From the human T2T-CHM13v2.0 reference genome, Homo sapiens, in NCBI RefSeq assembly GCF_009914755.1, contig NC_060947.1: a stretch of DNA of 64,000 nt; one strand, 5' to 3'. This document shows, one piece after another, positions 46,600 to 59,480 of this stretch. A program made the translations under genes and the position numbers. The notes below the pieces were generated by a model. The model ran no database searches. It was not told where the DNA came from and saw only the letters and a program-made list of their open reading frames with translations. Every line of letters starts with the position of its first letter. The first letter of the stretch is position 1.

Positions 46600-47437
46600 C
46601 ACCTGTGAGTCTTTGCCTGTGGGCTCTTCCTGGCCCCAGTAGCATGCTCATGGAGCAGGCCACAAGTGCTGAGGAATTATCATTCCCAGAAAGGCTGTGT
46701 TTTGTGTTCTCTTACATGGTGGTCAGTCAGATGTAGCCACAAGAGGGGACACAGGAGACATGCGGGAAAAAGAAGTTTTTTTTATACTCACAGGTCCTAG
46801 AGAAACTGCATGCCAAGAGGAGGGGTCATATGAGAGGGAGCACCAGGGGAGCCGATTCAACCAACCAGGCGGGGACCAGACAGAGAGGTTAGAGCCTGTG
46901 GGCAAATGCCTTTATCGGGGGTCAGGGTGGAACACACAAGAAAAGTGCGAGGGAATTTCATTGGTCTCTTTAAATGTTACTAAGTCACAGTCAGGGGAGG
47001 GTGGGAAAGAGTACTTGTGGCAGGAGCTAACTTTATCACACTGGTGCACCTGGTTGCCTGGGCAGGGTGCTCACAACCTGTATGTGGGGATGTTGAGGCA
47101 GCAGGAAAATTTGAATTTTGAAAACTTACAATACAAGGAGACACTCCATCAATGATTGACAGAAACTGGTGGATAAATACCCCAGCTCCCTCTCTCCTCA
47201 GACAGTATAACTCTGAGGCATGTGGTCTACCTTGTTTCCCAGAGGTTCCCAGCAGGAGTAAGCTCCAGTTGCCTATAATGGTGCCTTAGTAACAGCGAAT
47301 GCTTTACTGGTTTATTCTCCCTTCCTGCCTGCCTTCCCCACTCACCTACCTGGGATTCCTGTGAGCACCTCCCAAATCAGCTACCTGTTTGTGAATCCTT
47401 GTCTTAGGTCTGCATTTTGGAGACTCCAAACTAAGCC
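46600..47437. mobile_element. LTR16-type ERVL LTR with a nested TG...CA LTR-like insert (~46696-47134)
   Basis: 3' part (ataactctgaggcatgtg...gaatccttgtcttaggtctgc...caaactaag) matches LTR16. Nested segment starts tgtg and ends caataca. Family of the insert not identified. Confidence 0.55.
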
Positions 47438-48285
47438 AACCAGTGATAACTGTAGGCGAGTCTTCACCAAATGTTCACTCAATACCTGCTATATAAGTAA
47501 TACTGTACAGCTCTAGGAATTGCAAGTTCAAGACCTTGCCCTTCAATTTCAGAAATTAATCTTATTTCTGTAATTTTTTCAAGCTATGTTCTAGTAACTT
47601 CTAAGAGCATTCAAAAGCATCAGGAGCATTCCACACACTATTGTGGCCATCTTAGCAACAGCAAATTTGGAAAATGTACAGGGGTTGATTAGGGGCCTGA
47701 TAATCTTAAAATTAATTAACAGTAGGAGAATCTGATTATTCTAAATGATAATTACTTGTTATTTCCACCACAGGATATGAAGTGCTTGTGATCAACACCT
47801 ACAGGTTGCTCAGAATTAATTCAGCAGGCTTTCAAGTGGTACACATTGTATATTTTTTGAAAGCAAAGATAAATCTGTGTTAAAACTATAGTCATGACTG
47901 GTTTACATTACCCCATATAACACAAGTAACTCTAGCCAGTGGAATAAGCCAGTATTTTGTTGATTCTCATTAAGTAGCCTTCAGACTTGGAGAGCCTATG
48001 TAGTTGTTATCCAAAAGTAATTTCCAAAACATTTGTCAGTTTTATGAAATAGTCACAAACCCAGAACAAAAAAAGTACTTGTTATGAATTCTTAGTTAGA
48101 AGTTTACCCCGAGTCTGTTGACTTCAAATTGTGTATAAAATAATATTTACTTAACAACCTTGGCTATTTAGTTTCCTTTCTGGTCTTCCTAAATTACCAT
48201 GTTTCTCATTATTGCATCGTAAATAAATACAGGAATGAAGTTACATAAAATGGGCATGCTACATATAGCTAGAGAGAGGAGATAG

Positions 48286-48390
48286 TACATAAGGTTATTT
48301 GCCCCTAAAGTAAATAGCCCCACGTTTACTGGCCTCAGCAGGGCTAGTAAATATGGGGCTATTTACTTCAGGGGCAAGTAACCTTACGTA
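48286..48390. mobile_element. Palindromic MITE-like element (46-bp arms, 5-nt loop, TA-flanked)
   Basis: 48290-48335 pairs with 48341-48386, with 6 transition-only mismatches. TA on both outer sides, as for Tc1/mariner-type elements. Confidence 0.75.
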
Positions 48391-49162
48391 TTTTCGTGAT
48401 CCCTGGGAACACCATGGCACTCTAAGGTTATATCAAATGATATGCATCCGAAAACTCTATATTTGTTATTGAAGCAAGGAATTAGATGGAACACTTTAGA
48501 AAAATATGGCAAAATATAACATTTAAAAATTGAGATGCATAGAGGAATAAACCTCAGTATCTGGCACACTGAACACACGTGAAACATTTCATTCCCAAAC
48601 AATGCTGGAGAAGTGAGGTGTGACTGCATTAAAACATCTCATCTCATGAGTAGTGTCTGTTCTGGGTAGCTTTATTACAGCCGCTTCACTTGTGCTCAAC
48701 TCATTGTGCCAATGTAAATACCGCCTGCCTAAAATCATTACGGGAGAATAATGTTTTCCCTTCAGCTAAAAAATGAAATATCAAAAGCAAATGCGCTCAC
48801 CGCTGTATGATTTGCTCGTTAATCATTACTAAAGTTGGCCTATAATTACAAAGATACTGATGAGAACACCCTGTCACATCACTTCAGCTCTGCAGCAGGA
48901 CTTTTAAAAGTCACGTTGAGCATGTTTAAAGCTATTCTTTCGGTTTCTTGCTGTTGTCTGTTTGTTTGTTTGTTTTTTAAAGACGGCAGCCATTCTCTTA
49001 AAACATCTTGCATAAATGGATGAATTCAAGCTCTGGGAGACAAATCATCCATTTATCCAGTCTTCTAAGACACTACTCACAGCAAAGGATGGGATCGGTG
49101 TGGAGGGGAACTTTAGAAATAACAGGATTCTCCTGGTATTAAAGCAAAAACTCCATCCAGGA

Positions 49163-49213
49163 TACACACACACACACACACACACGCACGCACACACACG
49201 CACCCCACACACA
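49163..49213 (+). repeat. Interrupted (CA)n microsatellite
   Basis: Direct reading. Confidence 0.9.
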
Positions 49214-49234
49214 CCTTGTATCATACTTTTTTCA

Positions 49235-49672
49235 ACAGCTTTTTTATTACAGTAAAATACACATAACATAAAATGTACCATTTTAAACATTTAAAAGTGT
49301 ACAATTTCGTGGCATTAAGTACATTCAAAATGTTTTACAACCATTGCCGCTACCTAGTTCCACAACTTTTTCATCACCCTGAAAGGAAACCCCGTATTCA
49401 TTAAGCATCACTCCTCATTCCCTCATTCTCCTCCACCCCCAGCCCGTGGCAACTACTAATCTACTTTTTGTCCCTATAGATTAGCCTATTCTGGACATTG
49501 CCTGTAAGTGGAATCATGCAATATGTGGCCTTTTGTGCCTGGTGTCCTTCACTTAGCAAAATATTTTCCAGGTTCATCCATGTTGTAGCATGTGTCAGAA
49601 CTTCATTCCTTTTTATGGTTGAATAATATTTTATTGTACAGATGGACCACATTTGATTTATCTATTTCATCA
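49235..49672 (-). mobile_element. L1MB-type 3' end
   Basis: gtaaaatacacataacataaaatgtaccattttaaac.... ORF 49461..49652 resembles the ORF2 C-terminus (YYSTIKRNEVLTHATTWMNLENILLSE). Confidence 0.85.
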
Positions 49673-50949
49673 TATTGCTTTTTAAATTTAATTGATCTTA
49701 AGTATACTTGTATTTGACAAGGATGAGAGTCCTTTTTTAAATTCATTTTACTTGAAAACCAAAGTATAGGTCACCCTAGTTGGCTTTTGTATCTCTAGAT
49801 TAGTACAATAAATAGAGGGTTAAGCCTCTGTGTTGTTTCTAGAGTCAATTACTAGAATTCTTTACGCAACAGCCTCTATGTCTTAAGACTACATAGCATG
49901 GAAAACGTTAGTTTGAACCATAGGCAATTGCCAATATTTGACCATTTTCATTTATAAAATAACAATTATATGATTCAAACTATTTACCTCTGTATTAGGT
50001 TTCATAGAGAATGTAATTCTTTTTAAAAATAAACAAACAATGCCTGCAACATAGTAGATATGTACTAGGTGTGAGTTCCCTTCCCCTTAGGCTTCTTTAA
50101 AATTATGCAACAATGGTGATTCTCAGATAAAGTGACTTTACCAAGATCATGCAGCAAGGGATGCCCCAGTATCACAGCACCCTTCTAGGCAGGTTCTCCC
50201 ATTGTACTTCCAATTTCTGAGGAAGAATTGTGCCACATTGCCCCTCTTTCTGATAAAAGAAAGGAGAGAATCATAAAGCACAAAGAGCCCATAAGATGAG
50301 GAAGAATATGAAGTCAACTTTCAATTGTAATGAAAGGTCTCGTCTCTACCCTGCCCAGTAAGATCACAGGATCACAAGTTACCAAGAAGAGGCTAAAACT
50401 CAGGTTGCAGGTGCATAAGGCATGAGTGCTTGAGAGAGAAAGAGAGAGAGAGGGAGAGACAGAGTACTTGTCTGCTCACATGCCCATATGCCCTTAATGT
50501 GAATAACAATAGGATTATGAATCATTTTAGGACTATCAATGGCTCTTCTCCACCTCATTAAAATAGATGATTAATGATCAATTCATCATAAACCCAACAT
50601 TAGATCTGACTACCACCTCACCTTGAACACTGTGCTCAAAGCTCTCTATTAAAAGCAGAGTTTGTGTGCTTTTGCAGCCATTGTTTTAAAACATCCCTGG
50701 AAATGTGCTCAGTTAAAACATGGAACATAGTGGTGGTAGTTCTGATCTGGCCACTAAATCAAACTTACTAACTTATAGACATGACAGTGTTTTGACTGCA
50801 TCTATAATTTGCATTTTGTCCTTGAATCGGACATGCACCAAGCATTTTATTTTTAAGCAAAATTATTGCATACCTAAGATGGAAAACAACTGTTACAAGG
50901 TTTGCATTATGTTACCAGTAATCAGATAAAATGTTTTCTTTTCTTCTAG

Positions 50950-51078
<129 letters not shown>

Positions 51079-53023
51079 TGACTCAGGGAGAGTCAATGAG
51101 GCAGAAGCTTTGCACTCAAAACAAAGTCAGTAGTCCCACTGGAATGACTGATCTGAAATTGGTTGTTGGTTTTTACAGAGGTGTCAAATCTCAAGGTTGT
51201 AAAGGGCTTGAGAGTTCATCAGGTTGGGCCTGAATCTCCTCTAGCACGGTCAGAATATGTGGTAGTCCAGGATTTCCTAGAATGCTTTCAGTGTCAGAGA
51301 CATCACTACTTTGCAAAGGAGTTCATATGATTTGGGATCACTGACACTGCCTCATTCATACTCAGTAAAATATGCGTCTTTGAAACTTCCACCTTTTTCT
51401 TCCCATTCTGCTAAATAAGCATTCTTCCATATGATAGTGCTTTATGTATTTTTGAGAAAGGTATTGTGTTTCTCCTTTTTACTTCCCCAGAAAAGCCTAA
51501 TCTTTCAACTAATCAGGCAAAGAACTTAAAACGATGGAAAAATTTTATGTAGGCAACCAGAACTGAAGAAATACTGCCCACATCTCCATAAATAGGTCCT
51601 GATAGAAATCATGATTACTCAGGCAATTAACTGAACTTCAGAATGAATAATGCAACTATCAACAGGATGTTTTGACTTTTTCTCCCAAAAATATACTGAA
51701 GTGTTTTCAGTTTTTAGAAAACTATCATCCAAGGCACTAATATTTTTTGGACCTTTGAAATGCCAGAGCGTTGGTGTTCTGTTGGTATTGTTTAAATAAA
51801 TCCACGAGGATAAAATCTCACCTATGATATATTCATTATTGATCACAAACTCTTCTCTGAGGTTGGTTCTGGATCTGAATCTGAATCTGAAGATGTAGGC
51901 CTATACATCCTGGGCAAGGCACTCATGCTCCAACTGTCTTTGAATCAAAACTTACTGATCTAGGGCTGCTCCACTTGGGGTCCAGCTATTGTGATGCTTG
52001 TGGGGAAGGCTAGAGGCTGTGGCTGTGCTGCCCTGTGAGCATGGTCTGTTCTGTGCCTCTCAATGCGTCCCATCACTCTGGATGCACGGTCACTGTACAT
52101 TATTAATTTACAACAAGACTGTCCCAGCTGAAGGGTGGAAGGTACAGAGGAATCAATATGTAGCAGAAAGTCATCTGAAACTTACCTTTTCTGCCCAGAG
52201 CTTTCGAGCGTGTAATTGGGCAACCAGGTAGTTTATGCATCTTTAGAAAGAATATGATTCTAGAAGCTGCTACAGCAGTGTCAGTTCATCCCTGGATATA
52301 GCAGGACTCCTGCAAGGCAGCTGATGTGTAAGGACACCTCTGAGGATAATCATCTCCTGAAGCCTCCACAGCCCTGCCACAGGCTTGTGGATGGCAGGGA
52401 TGTTCGGTCACGTGGATGCTCCTCAGACTTCATGACTGTCTTCATTTCCAGTTTACCCTTGCTCTTCTGAGTCACTGAGTGCAATTTCTTCTGGACTGGG
52501 ATCCAGATTTATTCAGTGACTTGAGAGCAAGACTGTGCGGGAAGTCCACAGGAGCAGAAAAGAGGGGGAGGAAATTCAGGAAAAGAAATAGGAAGTGAAA
52601 GGCAGGAGGCCTATTATGGAAATACTTAGGGACTGAATTCTCTCTGACACTGGCAAATTCCTGAATATCTTGCCTTCAGTTCCCTCATGTGCAAAACAAG
52701 GGATGTGTGCACTCATGACTGCTGAGTTCTCCTCAACTCCTAGGACTTTATGACCAACTACATGTGAATAACTCAGCTCACTCCTGGGACTTATAGAACT
52801 CATTCAGTGTGCCCCCTTCCTCCCTCTTTCTTCTCTCTCATCTCTCACTACTTCCAATGAAAGAAAAAATGCAAAGAAATAACATTTCTATTGTTTGCTT
52901 TTTGTCATGTTTCAAGCTGGCATCTTTTTCTGAGTTATTTCTAGATTATGATCTTGTTCATTATAGACAATGTTTTACTCTCTTAACACACTAAGCCATT
53001 CCTTATCTTTTCCCTTGGAGTTT

Positions 53024-53088
53024 TGTTTTTTGTTTTTGTTTTTGTTTTTGTTTTTGTTTTTGTTTTGCAGTTGCAACATTTAATAGAG
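53024..53088 (-). pseudogene. Ultra-short L1-mediated retrocopy: 22 nt with ATTAAA + (CAAAAA)n tail, resembling the HERV-W/LTR17 R-region end
   Basis: Exact 14-bp TSD ttcccttggagttt at 53010-53023 and 53089-53102. Minus strand reads CTCTATTAAATGTTGCAACTGC then the tail. Source assignment is from memory. Confidence 0.75.
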
Positions 53089-53497
53089 TTCCCTTGGAGT
53101 TTAAGACTCATTCCTAACTGGGTGAAAATACTTTCACAAAATAACTTTATACTTGAAGCTTATTTATGCTGGTGACTCACCATCATGACACTGCTAGGCA
53201 ACAACAGTACCTCATCAAACAGCATCATTGCTGGTCTTTTTTCTGCTCAAGACGTCCTGCCCTGCTTAGGTCTGGGCTTGTAGTTCCAAATGTCAAAGCC
53301 TAATCACAAAAGAATCACGTCTGCAATCATGTTTGCCAGTGGGGAATCTTGAGTTAAAAAAACCTCATCTGATTGATTTTCTGATGAGCAAATGTATTTT
53401 TCTATGAGCAACTTAACTCACATATCACCAAAGGAATGCCTTGTTGGCCTTAGAGAGTTTGATTGTTTTTTAATGCCATGCTTAGAATAAAGTATAG

Positions 53498-53683
<186 letters not shown>

Positions 53684-54883
53684 TGACCTGGTAAACTCTG
53701 TCCCTGGACGCTTTCAGGTACAACATGCAGGACACTGTGAGCCATTGTAGCAGCATCTTCTTTCAGAACTATCCCTTTATTTCTGCAGTTTTGTTGATTG
53801 CCTCCATATAATGTAGTCTGTGAATACTTCAAACCAAACCAAAGCCAAAAGCTTAAACCAAGAAGGCTCTGCTCTTTTATTTCTCTTGGTGTTGCAAAAC
53901 AATATAATATGCTGTCAGTGAAGAAACACTAGAGCTAGTCATTTTGATGCAACTACAGATTAATTAAAATAGTGTGACTATCACCAAGAAGGCTTGGCAC
54001 CCTGCCCAAGGCCAGCATGATTTCTCAGCAATATCAGCTGCTCAGAAGATTAAGCTGTTAGCTGTTAATTGAATATTTGCTACTTTGGTGTCCAGCAAAA
54101 AACAAGGGGTAGAGTAATGTAAAAGTAACATTTACTTTTAATTTCTGTAACCAATTTCATGGTAATGATGCATAAAGAGGCAGAAATGAGGCCTGCTTCT
54201 TAGAAGAAGGGCTGGAAAGGAAGACTCACAAAGCAATCCTATTCTTTCAGAGCCACAGGTGAGTTTTAGATAATAGGTATTATAGCAAAGCATATGGTTT
54301 TTTTCCCCACATGCTTTCTTCCTGGAAAAGAAAAGTACAGAGTCTCTTCCTTTTATTGGACAAAAGTGTATTCAGAAATTGATTGCTCCCTAATGCTTCA
54401 TCAGCCTAAAATAGGCTTTCTTCCCATGGCACAGTAAAAAAGATTTTATGAAGGTAAAAGAGTACCTAGTGATTATCTGTATAATAATCTATCAAGAGAA
54501 TATCAACCCTCTGTTAAAAAATGTCTATCAATATCCGACCTCTAATTCTTGTTGGTTTTTTTAATTAATCAGCATAGACCTCACACATAGAAGCATTTCT
54601 GCAAAGACCCATTCACTGTGTATTCTTATTGTCACGATACCAGCAAGCAGCTCGTTTTGAATTGCTATAAGTATGTAGTGGCTTAATACGTCATGCAGTG
54701 GAAAATATTAGATTGATGTTGGAGCATTAAATCATCCTCAAATCATTCCAGATGAAATATTAACTTCCTTCATACAAGACTTCTAATTTTAAATGGTGAT
54801 GACTGGACAGGTCTTCTTCCCTTTTTCCTCATTCATTATCAATTTGTGGTGAGATGTTAATATAATTATTGATCAACTAACCC

Positions 54884-55643
54884 AAGAGTAGGCAAACTTT
54901 TTCTGGAAAGGGCTAGATAGTAAACATTTTAGGCTTTGTGGGCCATTTGATCTCTGTTTCAACTACTGAACTCTGTCATTGTATCAGGAAAGCAGCCATG
55001 AACAGGTGGGTTTGGTTAGTCCTTAAGACAATGCTCAGTCTTGATAATTCACTCAAAGGACCCACAGAACTCAGCAATTTGTTATACTCACAATTACAGC
55101 ATATTATAGCAAAAGAATACAGAATAGAATTAGCAATGGGAAAGGCTCATAGTCAGGGCACAGGAGAGATTGAGTGGAAAGCCTCCAGATGTCCTCTTCC
55201 AGTGGATTCATACAGGTAATGCTTAATTCTCCCAGAAATGATGCATGACAATATGCATCAAGTACTGCCAACCAGGGACGTTCACCCAAGCCTTGGTGTC
55301 CAGAGTTTTTATTGGGGGTTTTCCACGTAGACACAGCTAACCACCTGCATGGTTGAACTTAGTATCCAGTCTCTCCAGAGTTAGAGCTGATACCATATGG
55401 CCCAATGTTCTCACTATAAATCAATTGTTAGCGCAGACTATCTGGTATGGCCCAAGGCCACCCAGTAAACAAAAATACTCCTATCAGACAGGACAGTCCA
55501 AGGGCTTACAGGTTACTTCCTAAGAGTGGGAGAAAAAGAGCAAATTTTTCTTTAGGCAAGGTTAATCTGTTACTTCACAGTCAATATGTGAACAAATGGG
55601 CATGGCCAGATATAACCCGCAGGTCATAGTTGGCAGACCTCTG
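54884..55643. mobile_element. MER58A-type MITE split by a MER21-type LTR (~55005-55579)
   Basis: ggcaaactttttctggaaagggctagatagtaaacattttaggctttgtgggcc resumes at ...aaatgggcatggccag...tagttggcagacctctg. Insert has gtactgccaaccaggga...ccttggtgtccagagtttttattgggg. Confidence 0.75.
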
Positions 55644-56402
55644 AAATAACCTACAGAGCTACATTATTACAGCCCTTTCTGACACCATGGCCTTGTTTTG
55701 TGTTGCCAACTGGTCAACTCCCTGCCATTGGACTCCCTACCCCACCTGAAGACCGAGGTAAAGACTTGAATGCATTTCTTAACAGAAATAAATCTAAATT
55801 GAAGAAAGCCCTGTTGTCCATTCCCTCCAGCCTCTTTATTACGGAACATATGCAAGACTAAGTTTGATTTCCCTGAGGATTGCAGATGACAATGAGAAGA
55901 CAGGAAGAAATGCAAAGAGTTCACATCAAATTCAAGTTATCTTATCTTATACCTAACAGCCTCATTATTACAATAGACACTGGCTGGTAGGTGTAAAGGA
56001 GAAATAGTATAGTTATGAAAGGAATATGACACTGTGTAACAAAAATTGCCAAAATTCTTGCTGCAGAATTACAATAGGGAAAAACTCTTGCTATTGATTT
56101 TCCAATGTCCTCCCTGGTGGTTCAGGAAAATGCTTTATAAAGTATTTGTTGCCACACAAAGGCTGGTTTTGTTTTCTCTTTCCTGGGCTTTAAGAGAAAA
56201 TTATAAAGCAGGGAAATCTTTTTTTTTTTTTTTTCTTGAAATTCAACATAGTCAAGGCATTTCTCTTGAATGATTTTTTTTCAGGAGTGGGTGGATGTGG
56301 GGATCTTTGATTTAATGGGGCCTGAAGAAATTGAAAAAGGACCACAGAGAAGGATTAAAACATCAGAAAAGTCAGTAAAAGAAAACTATAAGTTTTCACT
56401 CT

Positions 56403-56600
56403 AAGGTTTCCGGATCTTGACACTGTTGAGATATTGGGCCAAATCATTCTTTACTGTGGGGCTGTCTCTGCATTGCAAGATGTTGAGCAGCATTTCTGGC
56501 TTCTACACACTCCATGGCAGTAGTGTCCCCAACCCTATTGTGACAACCAAAAATGTCTCCAGAAATTTCCAAATGTTGCACTGGGGCAAAACTTCCCTAT
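56403..56600. mobile_element. MER20 hAT MITE
   Basis: gcattgcaagatgttgagcagcatttctggcttctac...gtgacaaccaaaaatgtctccaga. Confidence 0.8.
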
Positions 56601-56829
56601 AGAATTTTTAGCATCTGAGTCTAAATTATCTTCGAGGGATCATTTACCAGTTTTCAAGTACATGAAAAAAGTATAGGTTGAAGAGATTAGTTTTACATTG
56701 TAGTAAATGTGTGTGTTTGTACATGGAACACCTTTCTGATCATAAATGCTTAATCCTATAAAAGATTGCTGACAAAGCTTGCTCATTCCACCTTCCCCAG
56801 AGATGTAAAATAAATATATGTATATTATT

Positions 56830-57070
56830 ATGGTGCCCTCACTCTGTGCCAAACAATGTTATAATAAACGCTTTGTATGTGTGAACTCATTTAATCTTTA
56901 TATCCGTTCTGAGATAAGCATTATTATTATCCCCAGTTTACACACAGGGAAACTAAGATACTTAGCGACTAAATAACTTCCCCAAAGCTGCACAGCTAAT
57001 AAGTAGTAGAGCTGGGATTAGAAGCCTAACTGTTTTCTTAGCCCCTATTCCTTACAACCACTACACTGCT
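56830..57070 (-). mobile_element. MIR SINE
   Basis: aactcatttaatctt...attattatccccagtttacacacagggaaactaag...cacagctaataagtagtagagctgggatt. Confidence 0.8.
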
Positions 57071-57087
57071 CTTTCAGAAGGGGAAGC

Positions 57088-57279
57088 CAGGGTCAGCAAG
57101 CAGATATTTCAGTCTTCACAGTCTCTGTTGCAGCTACTCAACTCTGCTGATGCAGCACACAAGAGCAGCCATAGATTTTAGATAAACAAATGGGTATGAC
57201 CACGTCCCATTAAAACTTTATTTACAAAAGCTGATGGTGAGCTAGTTTTGGCATGCAGGCCATGTTTTCCAACCCTTGG
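57088..57279. mobile_element. MER58A-type MITE
   Basis: cagggtcagcaag...gtctctgttgcagctactcaactctgc...taaaactttatttacaaaa...ccaacccttg. Confidence 0.75.
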
Positions 57280-57536
57280 GGCAGACCACTTTCAGAACTG
57301 GTTTAATTGCTACCCCATTTAGAAAAAAGGAGAATTGAACTGGCTACACTGCACAATCTATTGACAACCTTTCTATATCAAGAGCTTACATGATATTAAG
57401 CTTCTCCTCCAGCTATTTACCTTGTTAACTCTCTGTTGTGAACTCCATAAAGATTTTGAATGATCGAGGAGGCCAGGAAAAGGGCAAGAGAAGGAAGGCT
57501 TCATTTCTGCATCTTTTTGGATATTTGGAGCATTAA

Positions 57537-57839
<303 letters not shown>

Positions 57840-58719
57840 TAGAGCAGAGGTTGCCCAGTCCAAGATTTCTCCCCCACTCTAATCCTGTAAATGTATTAAT
57901 TGTATCCCTGGGTATCCTCTGTAAAGGAAGTGCTGGCATTCTTAATGCATTTTACACCTCAAGGTCATGTTTCCCTTTCTGCCCATCTTTTGCAGACTGT
58001 CAGTCTCACAACTAGATTTGTCATTCAAAGTCTCACCAGCTGCACATTGAGAATACAGCTCTGTAAAATTATATTTTATGGGATTACAGTGATCTGTTCA
58101 CCTGTTTTGGTCAACAATCTCTTGAAACCATTAAAAAGAAATGGTTTCTGGGATTACTTAAATTAATCCAAAATCATATTTAGTTGTCTGAAATTCTGGG
58201 TGCATACTTAAGACTATTTTTGGAAGCCTGAAATCTCTGCCCCAGTCCTGCCCGCTATAAATATGTGATCTACCAATGTGTCCCAGTTCCTGATTACCAA
58301 GATGCCACCCCCATCTGTTCCCTGGGGAGACAAGCAGGCTGCTTAGCTGCTGAATTCAGCGCAGCACCCTGATTTTTCTTGTGACACAAGCAAAGTCTTT
58401 GTTGAACGTATAAAAGATTTCAACAAATTTCTCTTCCATAGGAGAGATCAATGATAACAGAACTTTATGGAAAGGGGTAGGAGGGGACACCAGGAGGAGA
58501 AGCATCAGATGCTGCCAGCTGGATGGAGTGGCAAAAAGTGTTGTCATACTAAAGTGCTTCTTCCTTGTTGTATATAAAAGCTGGTGTCCCACACATTGGG
58601 TCCTGCAAATATCCCCGATTCTCTTGATTCAGTCCAACTTTTTGTAATAGATTAGTTCAAAAGTTGCCATCTGTGATTTATATTCCTCTACCTAAACTTG
58701 GCTTATTATTTCCATCAAG

Positions 58720-58921
58720 TTTTTTGGGGTTTTTTTTGTTGTTGTTGTTTTGTTTTGTTTTGTTTTGTTTTTTTGAGACAGAGTCTCACTCTGCTGCCCA
58801 GAGTGGAGTGCAGTGGTGCAATCATAGCTTATTGCAGTCTTGAACTCCTGGGCTCAAACGATCCTTCCACCTTAGCCTCCCAAAGTGCTGGGATTACAGG
58901 AATGAGCCCCCATGCCTGGCC
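58720..58921 (-). mobile_element. Monomeric Alu (FRAM/FAM-like or recombined AluJ) with (GTT)n/(GTTTT)n tail
   Basis: Single ~150-bp arm: gagacagagtctcactctg...gggattacaggaatgagcccccatgcctggcc. Confidence 0.85.
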
Positions 58922-59079
58922 TCTATTGAGTCTAAATCTACCTATAGATATTTTAAATCACTTCTAATGGTTATTATTTTAACCTGTGCCAAACACTCTT
59001 GGAAATAAAGGACTTATTTTATGCTTCATTACAGGGGCACAACCCCTGATATACAGAATCTCTCATGTGAAAGGTCAGT

Positions 59080-59480
59080 GTCTGGATCTGAGTTCCTCCA
59101 GAGGCAGAACTTAAGGATTTGAATGCATGTAGTTTATCTGGGAAGAGATATCTGGAAATACCCACAGAGGAATGGGGAAGAGAGATGAGAAAAATTGAGA
59201 GGCCAATAAAGAATGTATTATCAAACCAGTTTCTACTGTGGGTAACTGGAGCTCAGTCCTACCGGAGAGCACTGGGAGACAGTGTAGGACGCACCTCAGA
59301 GGTATCCCACCGAGAGGCGAGGGAGCTGGGACATGTGCCTACTGACATGCTGTCTGTTATTGATAGTGGGCTACTCTCTTGTTATTGGGGTTTGCCTTGT
59401 GCTATCGAATGGTCACAGGTGTTTGCTGTAAATATCCTTCAGCTTATAGCAATAAATGCCAAGGGGAAATGGGCAGACAT
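59080..59480. mobile_element. LTR33-like ERVL solo LTR
   Basis: aaggatttgaatgcatgtagtttatctgggaag...ccaataaag...ctactgtgggtaactggagctcag...gaggcgagggagctggg. This explains ORF 59119..59499. Confidence 0.7.

Noticed and set aside
46697-47155. 152-aa ORF
   Set aside because: Coincides with an LTR-like insert, and there is no gag/pol/env similarity I can recognise.
56105-56125. Partial CTCF-like cores (ccctggtgg; also ~8970, ~29595)
   Set aside because: They lack the GGCG/GGCA half of the motif.
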